Positions 8,193-17,648 of a stretch of 46,065 nucleotides of DNA are shown one piece after another. This DNA is from Oscillospiraceae bacterium (GTDB lineage: Bacteria; Bacillota; Clostridia; Oscillospirales; CAG-272): positions 1-46,065 of the forward strand of contig SVTN01000002.1 of assembly GCA_015063765.1 (NCBI GenBank), given 5' to 3'. The notes beneath the pieces were generated by a model. It did no database searches, had not been told where the DNA came from, and saw nothing but the letters and a program-made list of their open reading frames with translations. The position numbers were made by a program, and so were the translations under genes. Position 1 is the first letter of the stretch; every line of letters begins with the position of its first letter.

Positions 8193-8227
8193 GAGAATTT
8201 TTCGTATAAAATATGGAGATTTGCGTA

Positions 8228-9034
8228 ATGAGGCTCGTTTCCAATTCCCAGCTTTGCGAGAATACCAACCACGTCCACCTCACGCTTTTGTACTTCGGTC
8301 ACGCCATAGTCGGCACCGAATGGACGGGGCGTGCCACCGACATCAATATGTCCCGTCTTTACTACATCGTGGACGGTGAGGCGGAAATTTTTCCCGACGG
8401 GGGCACGCCTATTTCCTTGCAAAAGGGAAATTGGTACCTGATTCCCGCAGGCTGCTCCTTTTCTTTTTCCTGTGCGGATCATATGGAGCAGTTCTATTTC
8501 CATTTGAAGCTGTGTGACCTTGACGGTCTTGACCTTCTTTCCGCCTTTCCTTCCCCCGTCGCCCTCACCCTTCCCGAAAGCAAGACCGAGCTTCTTTTCT
8601 CCTGCCTTGAGAGTGATGCGCTTGCCGAGGGCATCGTCCTCCGCCACGAGATCGAAAGCATCCTTATCACCTTGCTTGCCGAGCACAGCGTGCGTCTTGA
8701 GAGCAACCGCTTCTCCCCCGTCGTTGTCCGCGCCATCAAATACATCAAGCGCAACCTCTCCGCTCAGCTGACCGTCGCCGAAATTGCCGAGCACGCCTTT
8801 GTTTCCACCAGCACCTTAACCAAGCATTTCAAGGCAGAGCTCTCCAAATCGGTCAGCGAGTACGTGAACGACCGCATTATGTTCGAAGCCTGTCAAAGGC
8901 TTTTAAAGACCAATCTCTCCATCCTCGCCATCAGCGAAAAATACGGCTTTTCGGATCAGTTTTACTTCTCCCGCCGCTTTAAGGAAAAATTCGGTCTTTC
9001 CCCGATGAAGTATCGGAAAACCGCGATCATGTAA
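8228..9034 (+). CDS. AraC-family transcriptional regulator (cupin sensor + AraC HTH)
   Basis: Track ORF 8213..9034. ATG 8228 has GGAGA 8 nt upstream. The N-terminal half is cupin-like, and the C-terminus has the AraC HTH (LTVAEIAEHAFVSTSTLTKHFK ... ISEKYGFSDQFYFSRRFKEKFGLSP). Confidence 0.85.
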   Translation: MRLVSNSQLCENTNHVHLTLLYFGHAIVGTEWTGRATDINMSRLYYIVDGEAEIFPDGGTPISLQKGNWYLIPAGCSFSFSCADHMEQFYFHLKLCDLDGLDLLSAFPSPVALTLPESKTELLFSCLESDALAEGIVLRHEIESILITLLAEHSVRLESNRFSPVVVRAIKYIKRNLSAQLTVAEIAEHAFVSTSTLTKHFKAELSKSVSEYVNDRIMFEACQRLLKTNLSILAISEKYGFSDQFYFSRRFKEKFGLSPMKYRKTAIM

Positions 9035-9088
9035 AAAAGTTGCTGTCACATTTAGGCACAACCGCAAACAAAAAAGGAATTGATAACC

Positions 9089-9125
9089 CAAAGGCAGGAA
9101 CTTGTTTCCTGCCTTTGCTTTTGCT
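9089..9125 (+). terminator. Terminator after the AraC gene
   Basis: CAAAGGCAGGAA / TTCCTGCCTTTG stem with a 5-nt loop, followed by a T-rich tail. Confidence 0.65.
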
Positions 9126-9311
9126 TCTTTGATTTTAAGGTTGAAAACCTACGGTTTTCTCCATAGGTATCAATTTTTGTTTGCTTTTTCCGTTTCCTCG
9201 CTCGACGTATATATATACGCCTTTCGCTCGGAGAACGAAAAATTTTGCTCTAAATTTGACTAGCACCTTTCCTAAAAACACAAGAATAGAGATGCAAAGC
9301 CGCTTTTTTTC

Positions 9312-9352
9312 AAAAAGCGAAAGAAACTCGGTTTCTATTTGAAAACCGAGTT
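9312..9352 (-). terminator. Terminator after trxB
   Basis: Read on the minus strand: AACTCGGTTT / AAACCGAGTT stem (9325-9334 with 9343-9352), then TCTTTCGCTTTTT. Confidence 0.6.
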
Positions 9353-9395
9353 CCTTTTTCTCTATTCTTGCTAAGACAGCCTCTTTTTTAATCTT

Positions 9396-10325
9396 TTAAA
9401 GAGCAGCGATATACTTTTCCGCAAGGTACGCCGCAACTGCGCCGTCTGCCGTTGCCGTCACGATCTGACGGAAGGGCTTGGTTCTCACGTCGCCCGCGGC
9501 AAACACACCGGGGATGCTCGTTTCGGTGTCCTCGCCCGCGACGATATATCCGTATTCGTCGATGGCAAGCTGACCGAGGAAAAGGCGCGTTTCGGGGCTT
9601 CTTCCGATGCTGATGAACAAGCCGTCAAGCGGAAGCTCCTCGGTGTCACCCGTATCGCGGTGAGAGAGGAGGACGCCCGTAAGCCGTTCGTCTGCAAGAA
9701 GCTCCTTGACCTCACACATCCACTTGAATTCCACGTTGTCCGCACTCTTCAGCTTTTCGTGATACACGCGCTCGGCGCGGAGGGTATCGCGGCGGTGGAT
9801 GATATAGACCTTTTTTGCAAGCTTTGAAAGAAGAAGGGCGTCCGACACCGCAGAGTTACCGCCGCCGACCACGCCGACCGTCTTTCCCTTGAAGAACATC
9901 CCGTCGCAGGAGGCGCAATAGCCAAGCCCGCGTCCGACGAGAGCGGCTTCTCCCTCAATGCCGAGGTGCTTATGCACAGCTCCCGTAGCGATGATCACCG
10001 TATGGGCAAGGATCTCTCCCGCGTCGGTCAGAATACGCTTAGGACGCTCTGCAAGCGTGCAGGAAACAACCTCGGTACGCAAGCTCTCCGCACCGAAGCG
10101 CTCTGCCGCCTCCTGCATGCGTGCGCCGAGTGTAAAGCCGTCCACCGCGGCTTCGGAAACGCCGGGATAGTTTTCGATGGCGGGCGTTTCGGTCATCTGA
10201 CCGCCCGCCGCATATTTTTCAAGCACCGTCACACGAAGCCCCGCGCGTGCGGCATACAAAGCCGCCGTATACCCTGCAGGACCGCCGCCAATCACGGCGA
10301 CGTCGTAAAGCTTTTCCTTCATCAA
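9396..10325 (-). CDS. trxB: Thioredoxin-disulfide reductase
   Basis: 309 aa. It has GGGPAGYTAALYAAR, the redox-active CASCDG motif, GGGNSAV and a C-terminal GVFAAGDV. Confidence 0.9.
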   Translation of the reverse strand: MMKEKLYDVAVIGGGPAGYTAALYAARAGLRVTVLEKYAAGGQMTETPAIENYPGVSEAAVDGFTLGARMQEAAERFGAESLRTEVVSCTLAERPKRILTDAGEILAHTVIIATGAVHKHLGIEGEAALVGRGLGYCASCDGMFFKGKTVGVVGGGNSAVSDALLLSKLAKKVYIIHRRDTLRAERVYHEKLKSADNVEFKWMCEVKELLADERLTGVLLSHRDTGDTEELPLDGLFISIGRSPETRLFLGQLAIDEYGYIVAGEDTETSIPGVFAAGDVRTKPFRQIVTATADGAVAAYLAEKYIAAL

Positions 10326-10636
10326 TTTTGCTCCATGAAAGCCAAAAGCTGTGCTTTGGGGAGTGCGCCCATGGTCTTCCCCACCGCCTTACCGTCACGG
10401 ATCACGTAGAGGGTCGGGATGCTCATCACACCGTATGCCTCAGCAAGCTCGGGGGAAGCATCCACATCCACCTTGACTACCTTATAATCGGGGCGCTCGG
10501 CGGCGATCTCATCGAGGATGGGAGCAAGGATACGGCAGGGACCGCACCATGATGCATAAAAATCAAGCAAAACGGGGCGCTCGCTCTTTAAGACCTCATT
10601 TTCAAAATTTTCCTTGTTTGCATGAATGATAGACAT
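10322..10636 (-). CDS. trxA: Thioredoxin
   Basis: This is the last 104 aa of track ORF 10322..12181. ATG at 10634-10636 has AAGGAGGA upstream. It carries the WCGPC active site. Its stop overlaps the trxB start (ATGA). Confidence 0.9.
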   Translation of the reverse strand: MSIIHANKENFENEVLKSERPVLLDFYASWCGPCRILAPILDEIAAERPDYKVVKVDVDASPELAEAYGVMSIPTLYVIRDGKAVGKTMGALPKAQLLAFMEQN

Positions 10637-10761
10637 ACTTTCGTCCTCCTTTTTCGGTTTTCCGTCTTTATTATACCTCGAAAGTCCCTCCGCTTCCGTG
10701 ATAAAGTCACAGTCTTTAAAAAAAATTTTCATATAATTGTATTGTAAAAGCCGTTGAATAA

Positions 10762-10790
10762 TTGACAAACAGACGGTATAATAGTATAAT
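10762..10790 (+). promoter_or_regulatory. Consensus promoter of the flavodiiron gene
   Basis: TTGACA (10762-10767), a 17-nt spacer, then TATAAT (10785-10790). Confidence 0.55.
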
Positions 10791-10819
10791 AAAGACATAA
10801 AAAACCAGAGGTGCTTCAA

Positions 10820-12610
10820 ATGACAATTACGAACGATATCAAATACGTCGGCGTTAACGACCGTAGCATCGACCTCTTTGAGGGACAGTACATCGTCCCC
10901 GAGGGCATTGCCTACAATTCCTACGTGATCCTCGACCAAAAGATCGCCGTGATGGATACGGTGGATGCCGCATTCACCCACGAGTGGCTTGACAACCTTG
11001 AGCACGTGCTCGACGGAAGAAAGCCCGATTATCTCGTCATCCAGCACATGGAGCCCGACCACTCGGCAAACATTGTAAACTTCATCAAGCGTTACCCCGA
11101 TGCCAAGATCGTTTCTTCGGCAAAGGCATTCGTGATGATGAAAAACTTTTTCGGCACCGATTTTGCCGACCGTCAGGTGGTCGTCGGCGAGGGCTCTACC
11201 CTTTCGCTCGGCAAGCACACCTTGACCTTTGTGACCGCCCCCATGGTGCATTGGCCCGAGGTCATCGTGACCTACGACGCTTGCGACAAGGTGCTCTTCT
11301 CTGCCGACGGCTTCGGCAAGTTCGGCGCGCTTGACGCCGAGGAGGATTGGGCATGCGAGGCACGCCGCTACTATATCGGCATCGTCGGAAAGTACGGCGC
11401 ACAGGTACAAGCACTTCTCAAAAAGGCGGCAGGACTTGACATTGAGAAGATCTGCCCCTTGCACGGCCCCGTTTTGACCGAAAACCTCGGCTACTACCTC
11501 GGTCTTTATAACACCTGGTCGAGCTACGAGCCCGAGGAGGACGGCATCATGATCGCCTATACCTCGGTCTACGGCAACACCAAGCGTGCCGTATTGCAGC
11601 TCGCCGATATGCTCAGAGCCAAGGGCTGCCCCAAGGTTGTCGTCAATGACCTCGCCCGTTGCGATATGGCTGAGGCGGTGGAGGATGCCTTCCGTTACAG
11701 CAAGCTGGTGCTTGCCACCACCACCTACAACGCCGATATCTTCCCCTTCATGAAGGAATTTATCCACCACCTGACCGAAAGGAACTTCCAGAAGCGCACC
11801 GTCGCCTTCATCGAAAACGGCAGCTGGGCACCCCTCGCCGCCAAGGTGATGAAGGGAATGCTTGAGGGCTCCAAGGATATCACCTACACCGACACCACAG
11901 TCAAGATCCTCTCCGCCCTCTCGGATGAGAGCCGTGAGCAGCTGACATCCCTCGCCGACGAGCTCTGCCGCGATTACCTTGCAAAGCAGGACGAAACGGC
12001 AAACAAAAACGATCTTACCGCCCTCTTCAACATCGGTTACGGACTTTACGTCGTCACGTCGAACGACGGAAAGAAGGACAACGGACTGATCGTCAACACC
12101 GTCACCCAGGTGACGAACACCCCCAACCGCATTGCCGTCACCATCAACAAGCAAAACTACTCTCACCACATCATCAAGCAAACGGGAAAGATGAACGTCA
12201 ACTGCCTTTCCACCGACGCCCCCTTTGCCGTCTTTGAGAACTTTGGCTTTAAGAGCGGAAGAAACGTGGATAAGTTTGAAAACTGCACGCCGCTCCGTTC
12301 GGACAACGGGCTGATCTTCCTTCCCCGTTATATCAACTCCTTCTTATCCCTCAAGGTTGAGGACTACGTGGATCTTGATACCCACGGCATGTTCATCTGC
12401 ACCGTGACGGAAGCGCGCGTGCTCTCCGACCGTGAAACCATGACCTACACCTACTACCAGGAAAACGTAAAGCCCAAGCCTCAAACCGAGGGCAAAAAGG
12501 GCTACGTCTGCAAGATCTGCGGCTATGTCTACGAGGGCGACGAGCTCCCCGAGGATTTCATTTGCCCCCTCTGCAAGCACGGTGCTGCGGATTTTGAACC
12601 CATCAAGTAA
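10820..12610 (+). CDS. Multidomain flavodiiron protein: metallo-beta-lactamase-like diiron domain + flavodoxin + flavin-reductase-like domain + C-terminal rubredoxin
   Basis: Track ORF 10811..12610; ATG 10820 follows AGAGG. Diiron motif HMEPDHSAN; flavodoxin [11 protein letters not shown]; flavin-reductase-like block [24 protein letters not shown]; terminal rubredoxin [10 protein letters not shown]...CPLCKHG. Confidence 0.85.
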   Translation: MTITNDIKYVGVNDRSIDLFEGQYIVPEGIAYNSYVILDQKIAVMDTVDAAFTHEWLDNLEHVLDGRKPDYLVIQHMEPDHSANIVNFIKRYPDAKIVSSAKAFVMMKNFFGTDFADRQVVVGEGSTLSLGKHTLTFVTAPMVHWPEVIVTYDACDKVLFSADGFGKFGALDAEEDWACEARRYYIGIVGKYGAQVQALLKKAAGLDIEKICPLHGPVLTENLGYYLGLYNTWSSYEPEEDGIMIAYTSVYGNTKRAVLQLADMLRAKGCPKVVVNDLARCDMAEAVEDAFRYSKLVLATTTYNADIFPFMKEFIHHLTERNFQKRTVAFIENGSWAPLAAKVMKGMLEGSKDITYTDTTVKILSALSDESREQLTSLADELCRDYLAKQDETANKNDLTALFNIGYGLYVVTSNDGKKDNGLIVNTVTQVTNTPNRIAVTINKQNYSHHIIKQTGKMNVNCLSTDAPFAVFENFGFKSGRNVDKFENCTPLRSDNGLIFLPRYINSFLSLKVEDYVDLDTHGMFICTVTEARVLSDRETMTYTYYQENVKPKPQTEGKKGYVCKICGYVYEGDELPEDFICPLCKHGAADFEPIK

Positions 12611-12641
12611 AATAAAAAACAAAATTTTGGAGGAAATATTC

Positions 12642-12800
12642 ATGAAAAAATATGTATGCGATGCCTGCGGCTGGGAATACGACGAGGAAAAGGGAGATGA
12701 GTCCCTCGGAATCGCACCCGGCACTAAGTTTGAGGACCTTCCCGACGACTTCGAATGCCCTCTGTGCGGCGTTGGCAAGGATATGTTCTCGGAGGCATAA
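12642..12800 (+). CDS. Rubredoxin
   Basis: 52 aa, [19 protein letters not shown]...[13 protein letters not shown] (CxxC...CxxC). GGAGGA lies 8 nt upstream. It is the inner part of track ORF 12525..12800. Confidence 0.9.
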   Translation: MKKYVCDACGWEYDEEKGDESLGIAPGTKFEDLPDDFECPLCGVGKDMFSEA

Positions 12801-12811
12801 CTCCGAACAGA

Positions 12812-12849
12812 AACCCCCGATTTCTTTGGAAATCGGGGGTTGTTTTTTT
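12812..12849. terminator. Bidirectional terminator (rubredoxin / TPR gene)
   Basis: ACCCCCGATTTC / GAAATCGGGGGT stem with a 4-nt loop, followed by TGTTTTTTT. Confidence 0.75.
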
Positions 12850-14095
12850 ATTCTTTTTCCTCGTTTTCAAGCCGCGCACAGAAGCGCTCCAGGGTCGTTA
12901 GCACCTCAAGGGTGCGGATGTTCTCCTTGCCCGATTTTTCACAGCGCAGGGGATATATCGCCCGCAGCTCCTCGATCGCCTCTTTGAGCTCACCGAGCTC
13001 GCCGCGGCAAAGTGCCACGTGGTAACGAGAAAGAAGGGTGGAGGGATGCTCGTCGTCGAAAAGCGTGCTTCGAAGCGCGCAAACCTCGGTGTGGAGATCT
13101 AACGCCTCCTCATACCTTCCCTGCCCCTCGTATACAAGACCGATGTTGTTCATGGATGCGAGCGTGTTGGTGTTCATCTTGCCGTATTTCGCAAGGCGCA
13201 TCTCATACAGCTCCTTGTGAATGGCAAGCGCCCTCTCGTACTCGCCCGCGTCGCAAAGGGTGTAGCCGAGATTGTTTCGGGAGATGGCGGTGTCGGGATG
13301 ATCGTAGCCAAGCACGCGGGTGCGGATCTCCACCAGCTTTTCCATCAGCTCGATCGCACGCGCGTTTTCTCCAAGCTCTGCGGCGGCAACCGCAAGGTTG
13401 CTGATTGAAGTCAAGGTGTCGGGATGCTCCTCGCCAAGAAGCTGTGTGCGCCCCTCGCACACCTTTTCTAACATCTCGTAGGAGCGACGGTGCTCACCAA
13501 GATGCCCGTAGGTCACGGCAAGGTTGTTCATGGTGAGAAGCGTGTCTTCGTCATAGATCCCACCCGCCTTTGCGCTGCGGATCTCAAGCAGCTTTTCCTC
13601 CATTTCGGCGGCAAGGCGCCTTTCTCCAAGCTTTCCGTAGGTATAACCGAGATTGTTCATGGTCGCAAGCGTGTCGGGATGGTCCTCTCCCAAAAAGCTC
13701 TTGCGAAGCTCGAGAAGCGGCTCGCTGATCGCACGTGCCTTCTCGTATTCCTCGATCAGATTATAGGCGTAGGCAAGGTTACCGAGTGCCGTTATGGTCT
13801 TTTCGTCCGTCACACCGAGCAGATGTCGGTACACGTCCACCTGACGCTCACGCCACTTGACCGCCTCGCGCTCGTCAAAGTCCTCACTGCACTCGTCCTC
13901 GTAAATGTGGATGAGGGCAAGGATCGCATCCGTGCTTTCGAGGTCTGCCGCCTGCTTTAAAAGATCAAGCCCCGCCTCTCGGTCGGCTTCGATCTCGATG
14001 CCGTAATATTTGGCATAGCCGAAATAATACGCTTGCTCCGCCCAGGAGAGATCCTCCCAATCCTCGGCGTCCTTTTTGTTTTCTTCCTCGGACAT
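12848..14095 (-). CDS. Tetratricopeptide-repeat protein (TPR_10/12-type repeats)
   Basis: 415 aa with about eight 42-aa repeats of the type NNLGYTYGKLGERRLAAEMEEKLLEIR...GEDHPDTL. No enzymatic domain is visible. Confidence 0.8.
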   Translation of the reverse strand: MSEEENKKDAEDWEDLSWAEQAYYFGYAKYYGIEIEADREAGLDLLKQAADLESTDAILALIHIYEDECSEDFDEREAVKWRERQVDVYRHLLGVTDEKTITALGNLAYAYNLIEEYEKARAISEPLLELRKSFLGEDHPDTLATMNNLGYTYGKLGERRLAAEMEEKLLEIRSAKAGGIYDEDTLLTMNNLAVTYGHLGEHRRSYEMLEKVCEGRTQLLGEEHPDTLTSISNLAVAAAELGENARAIELMEKLVEIRTRVLGYDHPDTAISRNNLGYTLCDAGEYERALAIHKELYEMRLAKYGKMNTNTLASMNNIGLVYEGQGRYEEALDLHTEVCALRSTLFDDEHPSTLLSRYHVALCRGELGELKEAIEELRAIYPLRCEKSGKENIRTLEVLTTLERFCARLENEEKE

Positions 14096-14106
14096 GGTGC
14101 TCCCCT

Positions 14107-15534
14107 TTATTTCTTGTTTCTCTTTCTAAAGATCTTCGAGCGGAAGAGGATGATGTTCATCGCCGCAAAGAAGGCAATGAAAATAATGAATGTCAAAAGC
14201 TCGTTTCCGGGCGCGAAGTTAGCCAAGAGCATCATGGGGAATCCAAAGGCGATGGCGGGGAAATTCTGGTATACCATGTTGTCGGCGGCAGGGGTCTTGA
14301 ACTCGCCGTCGATCTCACGCAAAAGAATGGTACCCGTCGATGCCGTACCCGTGAGCATGCCGTACATCATAAGGAACTGCTCCTCGGCATACTCGGGGAA
14401 CAGGGTCTTCGCCACGATACGCTCGTAGATATAGGTAGATACGAGTCCCACAGCACCAAGGATCAGAATGACGCCCCAATAGTTTTCCAACAGACCGAAG
14501 CGAATGGCGGCGATGCCTGCAACGACCATGATATCGAAGCATACGTTCGAAACACGGGTCATCAAAAAGTCGTTGATGTGCTCCTTCTTCATCCAGCCGA
14601 TCTTCTTAAACAGACGGATAAACGCCTTGACCAGCACGGCAGACAGCACACCAAGCAGGAAGTTGAAGCCGTAAATGGTGGACTTCATACCGGGGAGCGC
14701 CTTGCCAAGGAAGAACATGATCACGTAGGTAAGAAGATAGGTGAGTGCCACGAGGGCGATCTCCACCGTCATCTTATCAACGCTACCCTGCATCGGGATC
14801 TCATTCTTATTTTCGACTGCTTCCTCGGGTGCCGCCTCGTCCTCATCAAAAACGGCGATCTTCTTTTTATGGCGCAGAATATTGAGGTGAATAACACCGC
14901 CGATGCTTGCCGAAAGGAAGCCGAGTGCCGCAATGGTAAGACCAAAGCTCTTGCCACCGAAGAAGCCGTGCTCTAACTCATAAATGTTGCCGTAGTTCAT
15001 TGCCTGACCCGTACCCTGTCCAAAGCCGAAGGGCAAAAGAACGCCTGCCGCCGCAAAAAAGTCCTTCATCAGGTACGCGGCCAACATGGTGATGCCAAGA
15101 CCGAGAATGCCCTGCATCAGGTAGGTTGCCACCGTGGTCACGCCCGTGTTGAAGATCTCCGTCGTACGCTTTTTGGTCATCTTGGTCTTGCCGCTCTTAA
15201 AGGAGGAGGCAATGAAGCCGAGAGCGAGTGCGTGGTAGGTGATGATCTCGAGAAGCGCATAGCCGCGCTCTCTTACAATGGGCGCACCGCTTGCGCCCTC
15301 CACCACTTCAAGACCGCCGAACAGCTCGGAGGCGAAGAAGGGGGTCTTAGAGAAAATGTCCCAAACGCCCGCAAAGGCGAGAAGAAGAATACCTGCCAAA
15401 ACCGAGGTCGGGATCAAGGATACCTTCAAAACGCGAATGCTTCTCTTGAGTGCATTCGCAGCCAAAAGTCCGATCAAAAGAACGGATACAAGGGCAAATG
15501 TGCCCCAAACGTCAGAGCCCCAAAAAGCTTCCAT
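14107..15534 (-). CDS. Polytopic membrane transporter, sodium/glutamate symporter (GltS) family-like
   Basis: 475 aa and very hydrophobic. Segments FGFGQGTGQAMNYG and MMYGMLTGTASTGTILLREID resemble the two reentrant-loop regions of GltS as I recall them. Confidence 0.55.
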   Translation of the reverse strand: MEAFWGSDVWGTFALVSVLLIGLLAANALKRSIRVLKVSLIPTSVLAGILLLAFAGVWDIFSKTPFFASELFGGLEVVEGASGAPIVRERGYALLEIITYHALALGFIASSFKSGKTKMTKKRTTEIFNTGVTTVATYLMQGILGLGITMLAAYLMKDFFAAAGVLLPFGFGQGTGQAMNYGNIYELEHGFFGGKSFGLTIAALGFLSASIGGVIHLNILRHKKKIAVFDEDEAAPEEAVENKNEIPMQGSVDKMTVEIALVALTYLLTYVIMFFLGKALPGMKSTIYGFNFLLGVLSAVLVKAFIRLFKKIGWMKKEHINDFLMTRVSNVCFDIMVVAGIAAIRFGLLENYWGVILILGAVGLVSTYIYERIVAKTLFPEYAEEQFLMMYGMLTGTASTGTILLREIDGEFKTPAADNMVYQNFPAIAFGFPMMLLANFAPGNELLTFIIFIAFFAAMNIILFRSKIFRKRNKK

Positions 15535-16723
15535 GATGTTCTCCCTTCAGAATGTTTTTATGCTTGTAGTAAAAGTTCACGTATTTCAGTCCACAGAAGC
15601 GCTCGTCGCCTGCCAGCTGATATACCTGCTTGTGGACGTATACGTTGATCTTCTTGCGTCCGAGTGCCGAGATGGCAGAAACCTCGGAAAAGGGGAGAGA
15701 AAGCAGACTGTCCTCTCCGTACGAAACCTCGATGCGGTCGCCGTAAAGAGCTGCCGTCGCCGTTTTGGCGATCGGGCACTTCCTTTCGTATACGATCACC
15801 TCGGACAGCTTTACCGTATCGGTGTAAAGCGGCTTTTCCGTCACGGGAAGCCCGTCAAGCTCGGAAATGTACCTATTTTGATAGTCATACCAATCCGCAA
15901 CGCGGGCAAAGGGAGAATCGAAGCCCACGCCCTCAAGGGTCATGCGCTCGGTATACCGCCAAGTCTTTCCGCACCTCTCACAGCGAACAAGGTCGCCGTG
16001 GCTGTGGAAGCTTGAAAGTCCGCAATCGGGGCAAACGTATATCGCGCGCTCGAGAAACTCCGCCTTTTTCTTATGGCGGTAAACGCCCATCTCAGCGGCG
16101 TCATCCACGTAAAGACCGCGTTGAATGCGCTCGACCAGCTCGTCGTCGGTGAGATTTTTGATCTCCTCAGGCTCAATGACCTCCGAAACATAGGCGCGCA
16201 TTTTTCCGCGTCTTCGGGTATCCGCCCAACGCGGCTGAATGCCGTAGCCGCCCTCAATACGGTAAAGCGCGACGGGAAGCCCAAGCTTACGTGCCAAGGG
16301 CGCGACCGCAGGGTTCATATACTCGGTTCTGCCCGAATAGGTGCGGTTTCCCTCGGGTGCCATCGCAATGGTGCCGCCCTCACGCGCAACGCGCAAGCAG
16401 TTCATCACCGCCGCCATGTCGGCGGTCTGCTTTTTGATGGGAATGGGAGCGACCAGCCATTTGAGCGCCCTCGACAAAAATCCAAGGGAGAAAATGTCCT
16501 CAGTGCCCACAAAGTAGACGGGCATTTTAAAGGTCGCCGTCACGAAAAACTGATCAAAGGGGGTCTGATGGTTCATGAGGATCAAAAACTGACGCCCCTT
16601 TTGTTCCTTAAAGCGCGGAAGCTTCACGTGATACCGCAGGCGCGAAACGAGCGTGAGCCACGGGCGAAGCAAGAGCTTGATCACCCCATGACGCCGAAGC
16701 ACCCACTTTTTCTTTTTCTTCAT
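15512..16723 (-). CDS. Lysophospholipid (PlsC-family) acyltransferase with a long C-terminal extension carrying a Cys4 zinc ribbon
   Basis: 403 aa. It has the HX4D motif NHQTPFD and the APEGNRT block. The C-terminal part contains CPDCG...CERCG. Confidence 0.7.
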   Translation of the reverse strand: MKKKKKWVLRRHGVIKLLLRPWLTLVSRLRYHVKLPRFKEQKGRQFLILMNHQTPFDQFFVTATFKMPVYFVGTEDIFSLGFLSRALKWLVAPIPIKKQTADMAAVMNCLRVAREGGTIAMAPEGNRTYSGRTEYMNPAVAPLARKLGLPVALYRIEGGYGIQPRWADTRRRGKMRAYVSEVIEPEEIKNLTDDELVERIQRGLYVDDAAEMGVYRHKKKAEFLERAIYVCPDCGLSSFHSHGDLVRCERCGKTWRYTERMTLEGVGFDSPFARVADWYDYQNRYISELDGLPVTEKPLYTDTVKLSEVIVYERKCPIAKTATAALYGDRIEVSYGEDSLLSLPFSEVSAISALGRKKINVYVHKQVYQLAGDERFCGLKYVNFYYKHKNILKGEHHGSFLGL

Positions 16724-16758
16724 ATGTAAATCCTTCTTTACAATTCAAGGTAAAAAGA

Positions 16759-17427
16759 TTAAATTTTAGCAAGCAGCTCGGTCAGCTTTTCTGCAATGAG
16801 AGCATGCCCCGCATCGTTGAAATGAAGTCCGTCGGGCGCATATTTTTCTCTGTCCTCTGCCGTATTGGGGTTGATGCCAAGCTCACGGTAAAGGTCAAGC
16901 ACGGGAACGCCGAACTCCCCTGCGATCTCCTTGATCGCATCCACATAGGGGAGCAAGGGGCGTGCATGGGGGTTGTTCGCTTGATGCAGGGTGTACACAC
17001 CCTCGTCCCCGTTGCGTCTTGCAGGCGCCATAAACACCACGGGCTTGTCGGGATGCAGCTCTCTCAAAAGCGAAAGCAAAAAGCGCACAGCACCGCAGAA
17101 GGTTGCGGGGGTCGCATCCGAAAACGAGCCGAAGGGCGCATCCCCATGTCCGTAGTCGTTGGTTCCGCCAAATACGACGATGACGTCCGCACGCGGATCG
17201 ATGTTGTATGCACGGCCGCAAAAGCAAAGATCGTACCTCGGCTTCTCGCTCGGCTTGCTTTGATGGGCAAGGCGCGTGCCGCCAATGCCGTAGTTAAACA
17301 CCTCAGCCAAAGCGCAAGCTTCCTTGATGCGGTTATCGTAACGGTTTTTCAGGTCGGCAACACCCGTCCCCTCCGTAATGCTATCGCCCAAAAAGGCAAT
17401 TCTTTTTCCCTTAAGCTCCATAGCCAA
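16759..17427 (-). CDS. SGNH/GDSL-family hydrolase
   Basis: 222 aa with block I FLGDSITEG, GGTNDYGH, and a terminal DGLHFNDAGH (DxxH). Confidence 0.8.
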   Translation of the reverse strand: MAMELKGKRIAFLGDSITEGTGVADLKNRYDNRIKEACALAEVFNYGIGGTRLAHQSKPSEKPRYDLCFCGRAYNIDPRADVIVVFGGTNDYGHGDAPFGSFSDATPATFCGAVRFLLSLLRELHPDKPVVFMAPARRNGDEGVYTLHQANNPHARPLLPYVDAIKEIAGEFGVPVLDLYRELGINPNTAEDREKYAPDGLHFNDAGHALIAEKLTELLAKI

Positions 17428-17470
17428 AACCTCCGTTTTTTCGCTTTTTAGGACCTATTTTCACTCTTTT

Positions 17471-17499
17471 ATCATAGCACAAAAATGTTGATTTGTCAA
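17471..17499 (-). promoter_or_regulatory. Promoter of the SGNH hydrolase gene
   Basis: On the minus strand: TTGACA (17494-17499), a 17-nt spacer, then TATGAT (17471-17476) with a TG extension. Confidence 0.5.
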
Positions 17500-17571
17500 C
17501 AAGAACTCTGCGCTTCTCTTCCGCGCGCCTCGGATTTTCCCGAGAAAAAATCATTTTTTTGGCAAAACCGC

Positions 17572-17615
17572 TTGCGATTTCCAAAATCATGTGCTATAAT
17601 TAGTATAGATACTAA
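17572..17615 (+). promoter_or_regulatory. TetR gene promoter with an overlapping palindromic operator
   Basis: TTGCGA (17572-17577), a 17-nt spacer, then TATAAT (17595-17600). The palindrome TTAGTAT-AG-ATACTAA (17600-17615) starts at the last base of the -10. Confidence 0.5.
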
Positions 17616-17648
17616 ATAGAATGAATACAACAAAAGGAGGGGCACGCT

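Noticed and set aside
6439-8209. Plus-strand ORFs 6439..7533 and 7544..8209
   Set aside because: They are antisense shadows of the two tandem paralogs, with no RBS and no motifs.
10637-12181. Upstream ~515 codons of the 619-aa minus-strand ORF that ends as thioredoxin
   Set aside because: This part is antisense to the flavodiiron gene. Thioredoxin has its own ATG and a strong RBS at 10636, and the expected 104-aa size.
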